NCBI RefSeq assembly: GCF_009914755.1
Contig: NC_060931.1
Reading direction: 5' to 3' (one strand)
DNA from: the human T2T-CHM13v2.0 reference genome, Homo sapiens
DNA length: 64,000 nt
The notes beneath the pieces are model-generated. The model made no database searches, was not told where the DNA came from, and was given only the letters and a program-made list of their open reading frames with translations. The translations under genes and the position numbers were made by a program. This document shows positions 16,247 to 30,789 of this stretch, one piece after another (position 1 is the stretch's first letter; every line of letters starts with the position of its first letter).

Positions 16247-17113
16247 TTATATTGCTGAACAGCTGAAATTACTTCTTCATTGAAAGAGGCATATGAAAAA
16301 TGAGTTCACACTAATGTTCACCTTGATCTCAATACTTGTGTGATTACCATATTCCTGAAGCTGTCTTGCGGAGGTCACCAACCATGTTTTTTCTTTCTTT
16401 CTTTTTTTTGGCTAAATCCTAAGGCTACTCTTCAACTCTCATCTACAATGTTGATATTTCATCCTTAAAACACCATGCTTTCTTAGTTTCCATCATTTCA
16501 TACCATCCCACCTCTCTAGCTAATGCCTGTTAGTCTTTTGGTCTTCTCTTCCTATGCTCACCCCTTACATGTTAGAATTCCTCAGGATATCTGTCCTATT
16601 TCCCCCCTTTTGTGGCAACTCTCAGATCTGTGTCTTCTGCCCTTTTCTTTCTCCAGGACTTCAAATCCACATATACAGTTTCCTATTAGCTCTCTACACT
16701 TGGATGTCTAATAAGCACCTCAAATTCAACATGTCCCAGAGTACAGTTGATTCTTGAATAGGTTTGAAATGTGCAGGTCCACATATACACAGATTTTTTT
16801 CCCAATAAATACATTGGAAATTTTTTTGGAGATCTGATGCAACAATTTGAAAAAACTTGCAGATGAACCACACAGCCTAGAAATATCAAAAAAATTAAGA
16901 AAAATATATGTCATGAATATATAAAATATATGTGGATACCAGTCTATTTTATTACTACCATAAAATATACACAAATATATTATAAAAATTAAAATTTATC
17001 AAAACTTATGAAAACACCTGCAGACCATACATGGCACCATTCACAGTTGAGAAAAATGTAAACAAACATAAAGATGTGGTATTAAATCATCACTGCACAA
17101 AATTAACTGTAGT

Positions 17114-17402
17114 ACGAAAATCAAACACCACATGTTCTCACTGATAAGTGGGAGTTGAACAATAAGAACACATGGACACAGGGAGGGGAACATCACACAC
17201 AGGGGCCTGTCAGAGGGTGGGGGGCAAGGCGAGGGAGAGAATTAGGACAAATACCTAATGCATACGGGACTTAAAACCTAGATGATGGGTTGATAGATGC
17301 AGCAAACCACCATGGCACATGTATACGTGCACGTTCTCCACATGTATCCAAACCTGCACATTCTGCACATGTATCCAAGAACTTAAAGTAAAAGAAAAAA
17401 GA
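17114..17402 (+). mobile_element. 5'-truncated L1PA (about L1PA7/8) 3' end inside Tigger2
   Basis: L1PA 3'UTR (gaacacatggacacagggaggggaacatcacac), A tail, perfect 15-bp TSD AAAATTAACTGTAGT at 17099-17113 and 17403-17417. Confidence 0.92.
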
Positions 17403-18086
17403 AAAATTAACTGTAGTTCATACTGTACTACTGTAACAATTTGGTAGCCACATCCTTTTGCTATTGCTGTGATCTCAAGTGTTACAATTATCCCCTTAAA
17501 TGTTAAGTGATGCTATCATCTTCACTTGAGCAGTTTGTCTCTCTCTAGTATTGTGTTATCACAATAGAAAGTGATCTCTTGCAGTTCTCACTTATTTTTC
17601 ATAGTTTTTAATGCAATACCATAAACCTTGAAAAACTTCATAGGACCCATATGAAGTGCCCTTAGTGATGTTGTTGGAAGTGTTTCCAAGAAGCAGAGAA
17701 AAGACAGGACATTACAAGAAAAAGCTGAATTGCTTGATATGTGCTGAATTTTGAGACCTGCAGCTATGGTTGCCCACCATCTCAAGATAAATGAATCCGG
17801 CATAAGGACCACTGTAAAAAAAGAAAAGAAAAATTGTGAAGCCATTGCTGCAGCTACAGCAGCACTTTTTGCAAAATATCTTTTTATCTCATATTGAAAA
17901 TGTAGCTTTTATGTGGGTGCATGATTGCTACAAAAAAGGCACACCTATATGATTCAAGAAATAGTGAGGTCATATGACAACTTAAAGCAAAAAGAAGGTA
18001 AAGGATCTAAAGCTGGAGAATTTAATCCCAGCAAAGGATGGTTTAATAAGTTTAGAAAGGGGTGTGGCTTTAAAAATATCAAGATA

Positions 18087-18468
18087 GTCCTCTCTGGGCT
18101 TGTGCCTAGTTCACAGCTACATAGCTAAAACTCACCAAGTAGGTTGAAATCACTGGTAAATATGGGATTGCTATGGTGCCTCCCTCTGGAAAACACTGAA
18201 GAAAACTGAAATCAGCCATCCTGCCAAGTACACTTGCTCCTTCTGTGGCTAAACCAAGATGAAGAAACAAGCAGTTAGGGATCTTACACTGTGGTTCCTA
18301 CATGAAAACAGTAGCTGATGGTGCCTGGATCTACAATGCCACTTCCACCAACATGGCAAAGATGGCCATCAGAAGACTGAAGAAATTGAAAGGCCAGTAG
18401 AAGCTCTATCATTTGAGACAACACTAGCCTAGAATAAAGGTTTAATTTATGTAACAAGAACAAAAAAA
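18087..18468 (+). pseudogene. RPL37A (eL43) processed pseudogene, full length, inserted in Tigger2
   Basis: 5' pyrimidine leader cctctctgggc, ATG mutated to ATA at 18121. Remnants [13 protein letters not shown] and [11 protein letters not shown] (TAG 18398-18400) match RPL37A ([25 protein letters not shown]). AATAAA at 18433, decayed A tail, TSD aaaaatatcaagata (18072-86) / aaaaaaatcaaggta (18462-76), no introns. Confidence 0.93.
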
Positions 18469-20417
18469 TCAAGGTAACAGGAGAAGCAGCTTCTGCTGCT
18501 CAAGAGGAAGCAGATGAGTTCCCAGGTGCTATTAAGAAAATCATTGAAGAGAAAGGATATATGCCTGAACAGGTTTTTAATGTGGACAAAAGTACCCTAT
18601 TCTGGAAAAACATGTCATAAAGGTCATTTATTAGTAAGGAAGAAAAGCAAGCACCAGGATTTAAGGCAGTAAGAGATGGGCTAGCTCCATTGTATTGTGC
18701 AAATGCAGTTGGGCTTATGATCAGGAGGATTGTCCTTATCTATTAAAGCTACTAACCCCAAGATTTGAAGGAAAAAGATAAACACTACTGCCAGTCTTTT
18801 GGTTGTTCAACAAGAAGGCCTGGACAACGAGAACACCTTTTCTTAATTGCGTCCACTGTTGGTTTGTCCCTGAAGTCAGTACCTTGCCTTAAAGTTATTT
18901 TGATATCAGACAACGCCCTGGCCACCCAGAACCCCATGAGGTTCAACATCCAGGGCATCAAAGTAGACTACTTGCGCCAACCACAACAACTCTAATTCAA
19001 CATCTAGATCTGGTGTGATAAGGACCTTTAAGGCTCATTACATATGGTACTCTATGGAAAGGGCTGTCAATGCTATAGAAGAGAACTCCAATAGAGAGAA
19101 CATAATTTAAGTCTGGAAGGATTACACCACTGAACATGCCATCGCTGTTACAGAAAAAGCCATGAAAACCATCAGGCCTGAATCAATAAATTACTGCTGG
19201 AGAAAACTGGATCCAGATGTTGTGCATGACTTCACAGGATTTACAGCAGAGCCAATCAAAGAAACCATGAAAGAGATCATAGATATGAGAAAAAGGTGGC
19301 AGTGGTGAAGGGTTTCAGGAGTGTTTCCAAACCAGTGCCAGAAGATAAGGAAGAAGATGTAGAAGAAGCAGTGCCAGAAAACAAATTGACATTAGACAAT
19401 CTAGCAGAATGGTTCTAATTATTCAAGACTACTTTTGACTTCTTTTATAACATGGACCCTTCCATGTTACAGGCGCTGAAACTAAAGTAAATGGTGAAAG
19501 GATTGGTACCATACAGAAACATTTTTAGAGAAATGAAAAAGCAAAAAAGTCAGACAGAAATTGCCATGTATTTCTGTCAAGTTACACTGAGTGTGCCTGC
19601 CTTTCCTGCCTACTCTTCTACCTCCCTCCATCTCTTCTGCCTCTGCGACCCTAAGACAAAACCGACACTTCTTCTTCCTCCTACTCCTCAGCCGACTCAA
19701 CATGAAGACGATGTGAATGAAAATCTTTGATGATCCACTTCCAATTAATGAACATTAAATATACTTTCTCTTTCTTATCATTTTCTTAATAACATTTTCT
19801 TTTCTCTAGCTTATTTTACTGTAAGAATGCAGTATATAATACAAATAACATACAAAATATGTGTTAATCAACTATTTATGTTATTGGTAAGGCTTCCAGT
19901 CAACAATTGGCTATTAGCAGTTAAGTTTCTGGGGAGTCAAAAGTTATACATGGATTTTTGACTGCATGGGGAGTCAGCAACCCTAGCCCCCACATTGTTC
20001 AAGGATTAATTATGTACATATGATTATCCCTCACAGAACCATTCCTCCTACGAATGGTTCAGTGAGTAGACCTACTATCCATTTAATTTTGCAAGTCAGC
20101 CCTACTTCTTTAACCACATCTCACTGCTCCTATATCTCCTTAAAACAGATCCCATTACTTTGTTCCATCCTCAATGCTACTCCCTTAATTCTTATCACCA
20201 TGAACTCTTGCCTGGCATACTGGACTTCCCTGTCTCTAATTATGCTCCCAATATTCCAATCCATTTGACATTATTGTCAGAGTGATCTTTCTAAAATACA
20301 AGTCGGATTACATTACTCCCTTGGAGTCATCAATGCTCTCCTGTAAAAGTTGAAATTCCCTAATATGGCTTGGATGGCCATATAATATTTGGCCCTATCT
20401 CTCAACGCTTCCCTGTC

Positions 20418-20803
20418 TGATATGGTTTGGCTGCATCCCCACCCAAATCTCACCTTGAATTGTAACTCCCACAGTTCCCACCTGTCATGAAAGGAACCCG
20501 GTGGGAGGTAATTGAATCGTGGCAGCGGGTCTTTCCCATGCTGTTCTCTTGATAGTGAATAAGTCTCACAAGATCTGATGGTTTTGAAAATGGGAGTTTC
20601 TGATGGTTTTAAAAACGGGAGTTTCCTTGCACAAGCACTCTCTTTGGCCCCTATCATCCATGAGAGACATGACTTTCTCTTCCTTGCCTTTCCCCATGAT
20701 TGTGAGGCCTCCCCAGCCATGTGAAACTGTAAGTCCATTAAACCGTTTTTTCTTCCCAGTCTCGGGTATGTCTTTATCAACAGTGTGAAAACGGACTAAT
20801 ACA
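20418..20803 (+). mobile_element. THE1B-like solo LTR (ERVL-MaLR)
   Basis: TGATATGGTTTGGCTG...GGACTAATACA ends, 5-bp TSD CTGTC (20413-17 / 20804-08). Confidence 0.92.
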
Positions 20804-23524
20804 CTGTCCTTCTTTTCTTGTATTCCCCATCTTTAATTTCTTCTAGGAAAGGCTGTCTCTTTGTATGATACACTTTCACCAATCTGAACAAGCACCCATC
20901 CCCTTGATCTGGCAAATACTTGAGTATTCTTCATATCTAGTTTATCCACTTCCTCTGGAGAGCCTTCCATGATCATTTCCCTGCAGACTAGTGTCTGTCT
21001 TATGTAATTGCATAGCACCTTATACTTAATCTTTAGTACTGCACTTACTGTATACTATCATAGTGTATTCATCTGCATCTTTTACTAAACTACAAATGCA
21101 TTGTCATTGTTCCCTTAGCACCTTATACCGTTTTGGACACACAGAATGTAATGAATATTTGTTAAATGTTTAACCAAGCAATCAGACCTTCCTATGGTGA
21201 TTTTCAAAATAATCTGAACAATAGTCACAGGTCTACAAAATAAAAGTGAGTAAGCATTACAACTGAAAGTACAGGAGTTAAATCTCTCATATTAATATAG
21301 TACATTCAATAGATATAAACAATAGGAATTTCAAGATTTTCCCAGTTTTTAAATGTGAGTTTTGAGAATTGCTGCATATGGTATTAATAATGAGAATCTG
21401 AGGAATATATAGATAACTAACAAGGATGAAATTGGGTAAGTAAGCAAAGCTAAGCTCATAGATTAGCTAAATGACTCTCTTCCTGAACATCAGCAAAACC
21501 AAATGTATTTTATACTCTTGTCTCAGCAAATAAACAAGTTACTATAAATTAAGAATCTTCTATAACGAGGAAGAACAGTCAAAATCTAAATGCAAAATCA
21601 CCTAATGTTTTCACAGAGCAATTTCCCTCAGATTACATCAGTCAAATAACACTTTTACTGGTCTCCTTTCTAAAGCTAGTAAAACAATGGTATTTTTAAC
21701 TTATCTGAAATATCTTCATTACATCACATGTTCAAAAAGAGAGCACAATATGGCACAGATTTTGATTCTACTAGTATAAGAGTTCATTTGTGATTCAAAA
21801 GATTCAAATACTTAACACAGCTCTTATAATACCAATAAACTGTCTTTATTCTAGGCTAAATGTTTCCAAATCCAAGTGCAATGTCAAACATGAATTTAAA
21901 AATATTAAATTATTGTATTACTGATCCTTCAGATGATTCATACCACATCTCTTCAATTTTGAATAATTCTGAGTTATGCTTGTATATGTGAAATATCCAA
22001 ATCAAAACAAATAAGAAATTTACTCAGATAAAAAATTCATTAATGATACTATTTTAAGTTCATCAAAAGGGAAATATTCAACAGTAAAAGACTATTTCAA
22101 AACTAATTCAATATGACAAAAGCAAGCAATTAAAATTTAAGACACAAGCAGTTGCCTAGTGTATATAATTGAAAAATAATAAAATTATGCTTAATAAAAT
22201 ATCTAAACACAGAATCCAATATGATGAAACCACTTAAAAGAACAACATGAATACAATCCTTGAAATCTTAAATGATTTTAAATTTGAATTTAACTCTGAG
22301 AAAATGATATGAAATCTGAAAAGTAAAATCTACAGATGGAAGTCTAGTACTGTGTGTTTTACCTCTGGGAGTTGCAGGCTGCACCATGATTCTATTCTTA
22401 CATTACAAATCTGTTGTGTGGGGAACGGGGGAGGAATAACTGTATTACAGGGAAAAAATAATAGAACAAATTGTTGTAAGAACATGTAGTTTTTTAACGT
22501 CTTTATTCTTTACAAGTAATCTTATTCTTTAAAGTATTTTTTATATAAATGGACTCATCTATATTTAAAACACCTAATGCCCTTTGTGTTTCTTAGTATA
22601 AGGATGATCCTGAAGAAGCCACTGCTACTTAACTCACATTATAGTTTTTTAAACCCATAGTATCATAAGAAAAATGAAGAAGAGATTCTTTTGTATTTTT
22701 TCTTCCCCAACATAAACCATAACACCAATGCAAACCACTATCAAGGAGAGGAAAGGAGAGCTGCTGGTTAGGACAGCAGCTGTGTTGAAGCTCAGAAAAG
22801 ACATGGGTTGGCAGATTTGTGAGGTGATGCCTGCAACACAATGTGCCTAGATCTAGTCTGATTCCTAAAATTAAAAAGAAAAAAAAAATCTGTACTTAAT
22901 ATTTTGCCTTTTAGAGAGTATTTCCTTCCCCATCGCAGAAGATTTTTGCTTGAGATGTTCTAATATGTCTTAATATGTTGTCATTGGAGGAAAAAAAGCT
23001 GTTAATTTATGAAATAAAGAAAATGTTGCCAAGATTGACTCAGAAATGAGTATGTAAAACACCTTATACCTAAGTACTTTATTACAGTTTAAAGACCATT
23101 ATTTTTTCCATTTGCAATTTAAACTCAACTAAAAGTACATAATAAGATAAGCTGTCGTGGTGGATGGCATGAATACAAAATTTAAAGCAGCAGGAATAAA
23201 GTGAGAAGAGAGCATGTTAACAGAGTATAGCTGGAAGAGTCAGGGAAGATAATACATAGGAGTGCAAACTAGAACAACGTGTGAATGAATGTGGAAGGGG
23301 AATCCACAAAGTGGGTTTAGGCTTAAACGAAAGGACATGCATCTATCTTCCCTCAACACAAGAATGAAAGATAGACAAATAATTGAAGGTCTAGATACAC
23401 TTTTAGATGAGATGCACAGGAAGCAAAAAGTTGATAAAATTTATTTGTTTTTGCAATAAAGTAAAAAGTAAGGTCTCCTGGTAAAAATGAAAGGGGAAGG
23501 TTATGTGAACAAAGTGGTGGTGGT

Positions 23525-23668
23525 CTCAGCCCTCAAGCTGAAAATGTTTTTACATTTTTAAAAGGTCAAAAAAGAAAACAAAGAATATGTGACACAGACT
23601 ATATACAGCCCACAAAGCCTAAAATATTTATTATCTGGCCTTTTGTAGAAAAAGTTTGCTAACTGATG
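23525..23668. mobile_element. MER58-like (hAT-Charlie) fragment
   Basis: gcccacaaagcctaaaatatttattatctggccttttgtagaaaaagtttgctaac. Confidence 0.75.
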
Positions 23669-23829
23669 GTATATGTAATAACACCTGTGAGAGAGAGAGA
23701 CAGAGAAATGACTAGAGATCATAGGGCATAAATTTGTATAGTTTATGATTTTTTTCTCCAGCACATCTTTTCCTCCAACAACAAAAAAATTATGGAAGCA
23801 TTTATGAAAGAAAACTGTCCAGAGCAGAT

Positions 23830-24136
<307 letters not shown>

Positions 24137-25463
24137 CAGAGCAGATATTTTAAACATCAAGAATCAGATCTGCATGATTCAGAATATTGCTAACCTATCG
24201 GTTCTAACATAAGAAACAAGGAGTAAAAAGTAAAACAACCACCAAAGATTTTCAATAACTTTAAGACATAACTTTAAGATACCAGTAAAAGAAATGCCTC
24301 AAGGTAGTTCATAATTGCTAAAAGAAGTGCCATGACAATTAAGTTGTAAAAACAGATTTAAAACTTCTACTTCCAACCTAACAGAATAATTGGTATAGGA
24401 TTTACCCTAGCAACTAGAAAATGGGGCAGAATTTATGAAACTACTCTTTTCAGATATTAGACAGCAGGCAATGCAGGACTGTGATCCCTAAAATATAGCT
24501 TTCAGCTAAATATACTTTAGCTTTCGGCTAAATATACTTTCCCCTATAATGTAAGGGGAAAACCTCAGTAAACACAACGAACTCAATTAGTTGAAGGGAC
24601 AAATTTGAGTTAAGGAAGGGCTGAGAAAGCTGGAATTCTCAGGTCAGAATAACAGAAAAAAGGTAAGCTAAGCAGAGAAACAGTACCAGAAAATTCTATA
24701 TAGGGACTCTTGAATCTTCAAAGAAATATTAAGTTATAAATGTACACAGTGAGACTCAAAAAGGCCAGGCAAAGAACCACTACCAGAAAATCTGCAAAAC
24801 TGATCAACTCTCAAACTCACAGGATACTGCAAAATATTCTAGCTTGGAATGCTAAAAAGGGAGATACCATTAAATAACAGGAGCATTCAATATGGCTCTA
24901 TGAAGGAGTATGCCTTAACAGTAGGGCTAAACTAGCCTTAGAATAAATGTTCCTCTGAAGCTGCCCTAATATAGCTTAAAAACAAGTGTGAAAGGATCAA
25001 GTTGATCCACAAGTAACTTAACTGCCTGATAGAACAAAGTACAACATTCACTAATGGATAACAAAATCCATTCATAGTATTCCAACAACATGACCAGCAC
25101 CCAATAACAAATTATTAGAAATACTAGAATGCAAAAAAGATGACAAAATTACATGACAAAGATATTAAAATATCTATTAAAAGTATATTCACAGATTTAA
25201 AGAAACACATGAATAGAGAGAAATTGTAACTATAGAAATTAATCAAATAAAACTTTCCAGGCTGAAAAACACAATATTTGAACTGAAAAGTTCCTTAGAG
25301 GGGCTTAACAACAAATCAGACACTATAAAAGATTAAAAAGAGTGATGAAACAGGAACCAGAGCAACCAAAACTACCCAAACAAATTAAAGCTATGAGGAG
25401 AAAAAAAAAAAAAAAAGCATCAATGACATGGGGAAAAATACCAAGTCTAAAATATGAGTTTTT

Positions 25464-25767
<304 letters not shown>

Positions 25768-26610
25768 TAAAATAGGAGTTTTTGAAGTCTAAGAAAGAGA
25801 ATAATGTTCTAAGGAAAAAAAGTATTTGAAGAAACAATGAAATAATTTTTTCAAATTTGATGAAAAAACAAAAACAACAAATAACAATAGCAGCAACAAC
25901 CACAACAAAAACACTGATCCATGAATATCAGTGAACCCCAAGCAAGGAAGGAGAGTACACACAAAAAATTACACCACGGTACATCACAATGAAAATTATA
26001 AAAACAATGAAATAATGAGGAACTCTTAAAAGAAGCTAGAGGAAAGAAGATACATCACAGAACTGAGGAACAAAGATAAGAATGATCACAGACTTCTCAT
26101 CAGAAACCAAGCATGCCATAAAACAACAAAACATTTTTTGAATGATGGAAGAATAAAGTGTGTGTATAGAGCTATTATTGAGTGAAAGTCAAAAATGAAG
26201 ACAAAAAGAACATATTTTGACAAGAAAAACAGAAAGAATTTGTTGCAAACAACCCTGCACTACAAAAGCTGTCACAGTAAGTTCTTTAGGCTGATGGAAA
26301 ATATACCAGAAGGTATCCCTGATGTACAAAAAGAAATGAACAATGCCATTGTAAATATGCGGATAAACATAAACTTCTTAAAAAACTGAAAGATAACTGG
26401 CTATTTAAAACAAAAATAGTGACACTGTACTATGAAGTAAAAAACAGCAGAAAAGATGGAAGGGGCCAATAGAAATTATATTGTATTAATAGTAAGGTTC
26501 TAACATTATACATGATGTGCTATTACTTCAAACTAGACTGTGTGAGTTAAGCATGTATATCAAAAAACCTAAAACAACCATTAAAACAAGAAAACTAAAA
26601 AATATAGCTA

Positions 26611-26892
26611 AGCCAGGTGCAGTGGCTCACATGTGTAATCCCAACACATTGGGAGGCCAACACAGAAGGATCACATGAGGCCAGGAGTTGAAGACCCCAG
26701 CCTTAGGCAACATAGCAAGATTCCATCTCTACAAAAATACACAAAAATTAGCCAGGTGTGGTGGTAAGTGCTTGTAGTTTCAGCTACTCAGGAGGCTGAG
26801 GCAGGAAGATCACTTGAGCCCGAGAAGTCAAAGTTGCAGTGAGCCAAGATCATTCCACTGCATTCCAGCCTAGGCAACAGAGTGAGAATTCA
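26611..26892 (+). mobile_element. AluJ, tail replaced by a (TA/TACA)n tract to ~27002
   Basis: Diverged Alu dimer followed by alternating purine-pyrimidine low complexity. Confidence 0.9.
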
Positions 26893-27552
26893 TGTATTTC
26901 ATGTACATTATATGTATATATAACAAATATATGTACATATGTTATATATACATATATTATATGTACATATATACACACACATTTATATTATTATATATAT
27001 ACAGCCAATAAGTCAGCAGAGAAGGTAAAATGGAAATGTAAAAATTACTCAATCCAAAAAAGGGTAGGAAACAGAAAAAATGAACAAGGAATACATGGAA
27101 CAAACAGAACAAATGAGAGGCAGAAGATGTAACCCTAACCATATGAAAATTAGATTAAATGCAAATACTCTGCACTCTAATTAAAAGACAAAAATCAAAT
27201 TGGATTTAAAAAGCAAAAACAAACCATTATTATCAACAGAAAATACACCTCAAAAATAAACAAGTTAAGTTAAAAGTGAAGGTTAAAAAATAGTCTATAT
27301 ATATGATGCAAACTATATAGAATGAACCTGGAATAGCTTTACTGACAGGAGAAAAGGATTATCATTGAGCACAAAGACATGTATTTCATAGCAATCCTAA
27401 ATGTGCATGCACCCGATAAAAACACATGAAACAAAAACCAGATGAAGTCAAAAAACTAAAACTGACAAATCTGCAATTATAGGCAAGGATTTCACAACTC
27501 TTTTTTTCAGTAAAAAAAAAAATTATCTTTATTTTAAATGTTAATAGAACAG

Positions 27553-27872
<320 letters not shown>

Positions 27873-28159
27873 TTATCGGTAAGGCTAGAGAAGATTGTAC
27901 AATACTATCATTAACTTGACCTGTTTGACATTTATAGAACACTACTCCTAACAATGAGAGAAAGCACATTATTTTCAAGAGTACACAGCACAATCACCAA
28001 GATAGATTATATACTGAGCCATTAAACTAACCTAAACAAATTTAAAAGAACAGAAATCATACAAATCATGTTCTCTGACCATAATGAAATTAAATTAGAA
28101 ACCGATAACAAAAAATTTTGAAAAATCACCAAGTATTTAAAAACTAGAAAAATACACTT

Positions 28160-28447
28160 GGCCGAGCACGGTGGCTCATGCCTGTAATCCCAACACTTTT
28201 GGAGGCTGAGGTTGGAGGATTGCTTGAGTCCAGGAGTTCAAGACCAGCCCAGGCAACACGGTGAGACCCTGTCTCTACAAAAAATACAAAAATTAGCTGG
28301 GCCTGGTGGCACATGTCTGTAGTGCCACCTACTTGGAAGGGTGAGGTGGGAGAATCTCTTGAGCCCAGGAGGTCGAGGCTACAGTGACCAGTAATCGTAC
28401 CACCCTGGGTGAGAGAGCAAAACTCTGCCTCAAAAAGAAAAAAAAAA
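28160..28447 (+). mobile_element. AluJ
   Basis: Dimer with gagcccaggaggtcgaggct. Confidence 0.92.
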
Positions 28448-30789
28448 CAACATACTTTGAAATAACCCAAGTAACAGCAAAGAGATACTTCAGGAAAATT
28501 AGAAAGCATACTGAACTAAGCGATATAAAATAAAACATCCAAAGTTGTGGAATGTTGGTAAAACAATACTGAACCACGTATAAAAAAAAATTTAAATTGA
28601 TGAAAGAAACTTTTACCAAAGTAGAGAAGAAAGGAAATACTAAAGAGTAGAAATCAATAAAACAGAAAAAGAACATAACAACATTGTTCATTAAGAACAA
28701 AGAAATCAAAAGGTAATTATTTCTGAAGATTGAGAAAATTGGTAAACTTGTAGGCAAACTCAAAAAGAAAAAAAGATGATAGAAATTGTCAAATATCAGT
28801 AATAAAAGGGAAGATATCTGCACAGATCCTACAGATAATTAAAATACAATGAGGAAATATTAAAAACAAGTTGATGTTAATAAATTTAGCAACTTTTAAA
28901 TGTAAACTGATTATTCAAAAGATATATATTAAAACACAGAAGAAATAGAAAATATGAATCTATTATCTATTAAATTATTTGAATTTATAATTTAAAACTT
29001 TGAACAACATAAAACTTCTTGGCTCAAATGTCTTCTCTAGTGAATTTTATTAAACATTTAAGAAAGGACTAACTCTGATCTTACAAAAACATTTTCAAAA
29101 TTGGAGAAAAAGAACATCTTTCAACTCACTGGAGTCCAGCATTGTCCTGATTCCAAAACCAGATCAAAATATTAAAATAAAAGAAAATGACAGACCAATA
29201 GGCCTTATGACTACATAGGCAAAAGATTTTTTAAAAATAATTGTTGATACAACCATGCAATATCTAAAAAGGTAGTACTATCAAAATAGGTTTATGTCAA
29301 AAATGCAAGGTTGGCTTAACATTAAAAAAACAAATCCATGTAATTTATCATGTTACTAGATTAAATGAGAAAAACCATATGAACCCTCATTAAATGGAAA
29401 AAATCTTAAATAATGTAATATGCATTCCTGATAAAAATTCTCAACAAAGAAGGAAACTTTATCAACCTGAAAAATGATATCCATAAAAACCGTATACCTA
29501 GCATCAAACCTAATAATGAAAGATTGAATACTTTCCCCCTGAAGACATGGAAAAAAGCAGTTATGTCTGCTCTCACCATTTCTACTCAATATTACTTGTG
29601 GTCTTGGCTACGGCAATAAGGCAAGACCAAAACAGATTTAAGATTGAAAAGGATGACATAAACCTTTGTTTATTCAAATATAATTCTGTAAGAAGGAAAT
29701 CGTAAGGAATCAAGAAAAGAATAAATAAATGAGTTTGGCAAAATCATATGGTTTAAGTTCAATATTCAAAATTCAACAGTATTTCTTTATATAAACAAAT
29801 CAAAATTTTAAAATATTGTTTGTAATAGTATCAAAAATGTTATGAGTCTAGCACTACCCAACTTGACAAAATATGTGTGAGACCTCTACACTGAAAATTA
29901 CAAAATATTACCAAGAGAAATTAAAGCAACCTAAATAAGTGGAGAAATATACCATGTTTAAAGATCGGAGGACTCAATACAAAGGTGTGAATGTTCCCTA
30001 ACAGATAGACAGGTTCATTGTGATATCAATTAAAATCCCAGCTTCCATATGAGATGCACAAAGCTGGACAGAACATAGCTCACACTGTAACTACAAAAAA
30101 GAACAAGGGAAAAACAAATGATCTACAAATAGAAACTTCTTGAACTCATCAGAGTGCTGCAGTTACTGGGAAACTAACCAATCCAAATTCTAATGAAAGG
30201 CAGGACACATGGGACGTGAGCACTTGAGTACCTGGGGAAGACAATACTAGACACCAGTAAGAATAATTCAGTCAAAACCGTTAATGAATTGCTAAAGGCT
30301 AAGTGTGTGTTCACAAGAAAATATAGAAGCCAGAGGATCTACAGACACAAAGGGAATTCATACCCATTCATGGACTTTTGCAAAGATCTCACCAGATGTT
30401 CACAGGCATACACAAAAAGACTGAGTGTATGGTGAAAGGCCTGACAAAGCATTTCTCATGGTGCAGGCTTGAGGGAAGCATGAAGCCACTGAGGGAAAGC
30501 ATGAAGTCCAGGCTGGATCCTTTCTACCATCTTTAATATGGGGGGTAAGGGGTCAGAGGGGAGCCTTAAACCCCAGAGGGAAAGGCAACAACCCCAATAT
30601 GCTTTGAGCACTGTTGAAAACACATTAGAACTAGGAGAAGAAAAATGCCTAAAAAAAAAAAAAAAAAAACTTTAGCCATGAAGGAGGAAAAGGAATTCAT
30701 CCTACAAGTGGAAGCAGGGGTGGGACACTGATTGAAGTCCCTATTCCCAAAAACCAGGACACAATGATTGCCCAGACTATTATAGTGGA

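Larger units (their letters stand above)
16744..20012 (+). mobile_element. Near-full-length Tigger2 (TcMar-pogo DNA transposon), degenerate, with two nested retro-insertions
   Basis: TA|cagttgattcttgaa left TIR and ttcaaggattaatta right TIR. Transposase remnants GEFNPSKGWFNKFRK (CENP-B-type HTH) and KIIEEKGYMPEQVFNVDKSTLFWK (first catalytic Asp region). About 2.6 kb after removing the inserts. Confidence 0.85.
16360..21175 (+). mobile_element. Old L2 LINE, interrupted by Tigger2 and THE1
   Basis: L2 motif ggatgtctaataagcacctcaaattcaacatgtcc just before Tigger2. L2-like sequence resumes after 20012 and after 20808, ending in a gaatatttgttaaatg tail. Confidence 0.65.

Noticed and set aside
16744-20012. 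Domesticated or active pogo transposase (TIGD/CENP-B-like)
   Set aside because: ORF is broken by many stops, frameshifts and a retrocopy insertion.
20313-20780. 155-aa minus-strand ORF
   Set aside because: Spans the THE1 LTR, a typical spurious ORF.
28144-28823. 121- and 164-aa minus-strand ORFs
   Set aside because: Antisense read-through of AluJ and A-rich L1.
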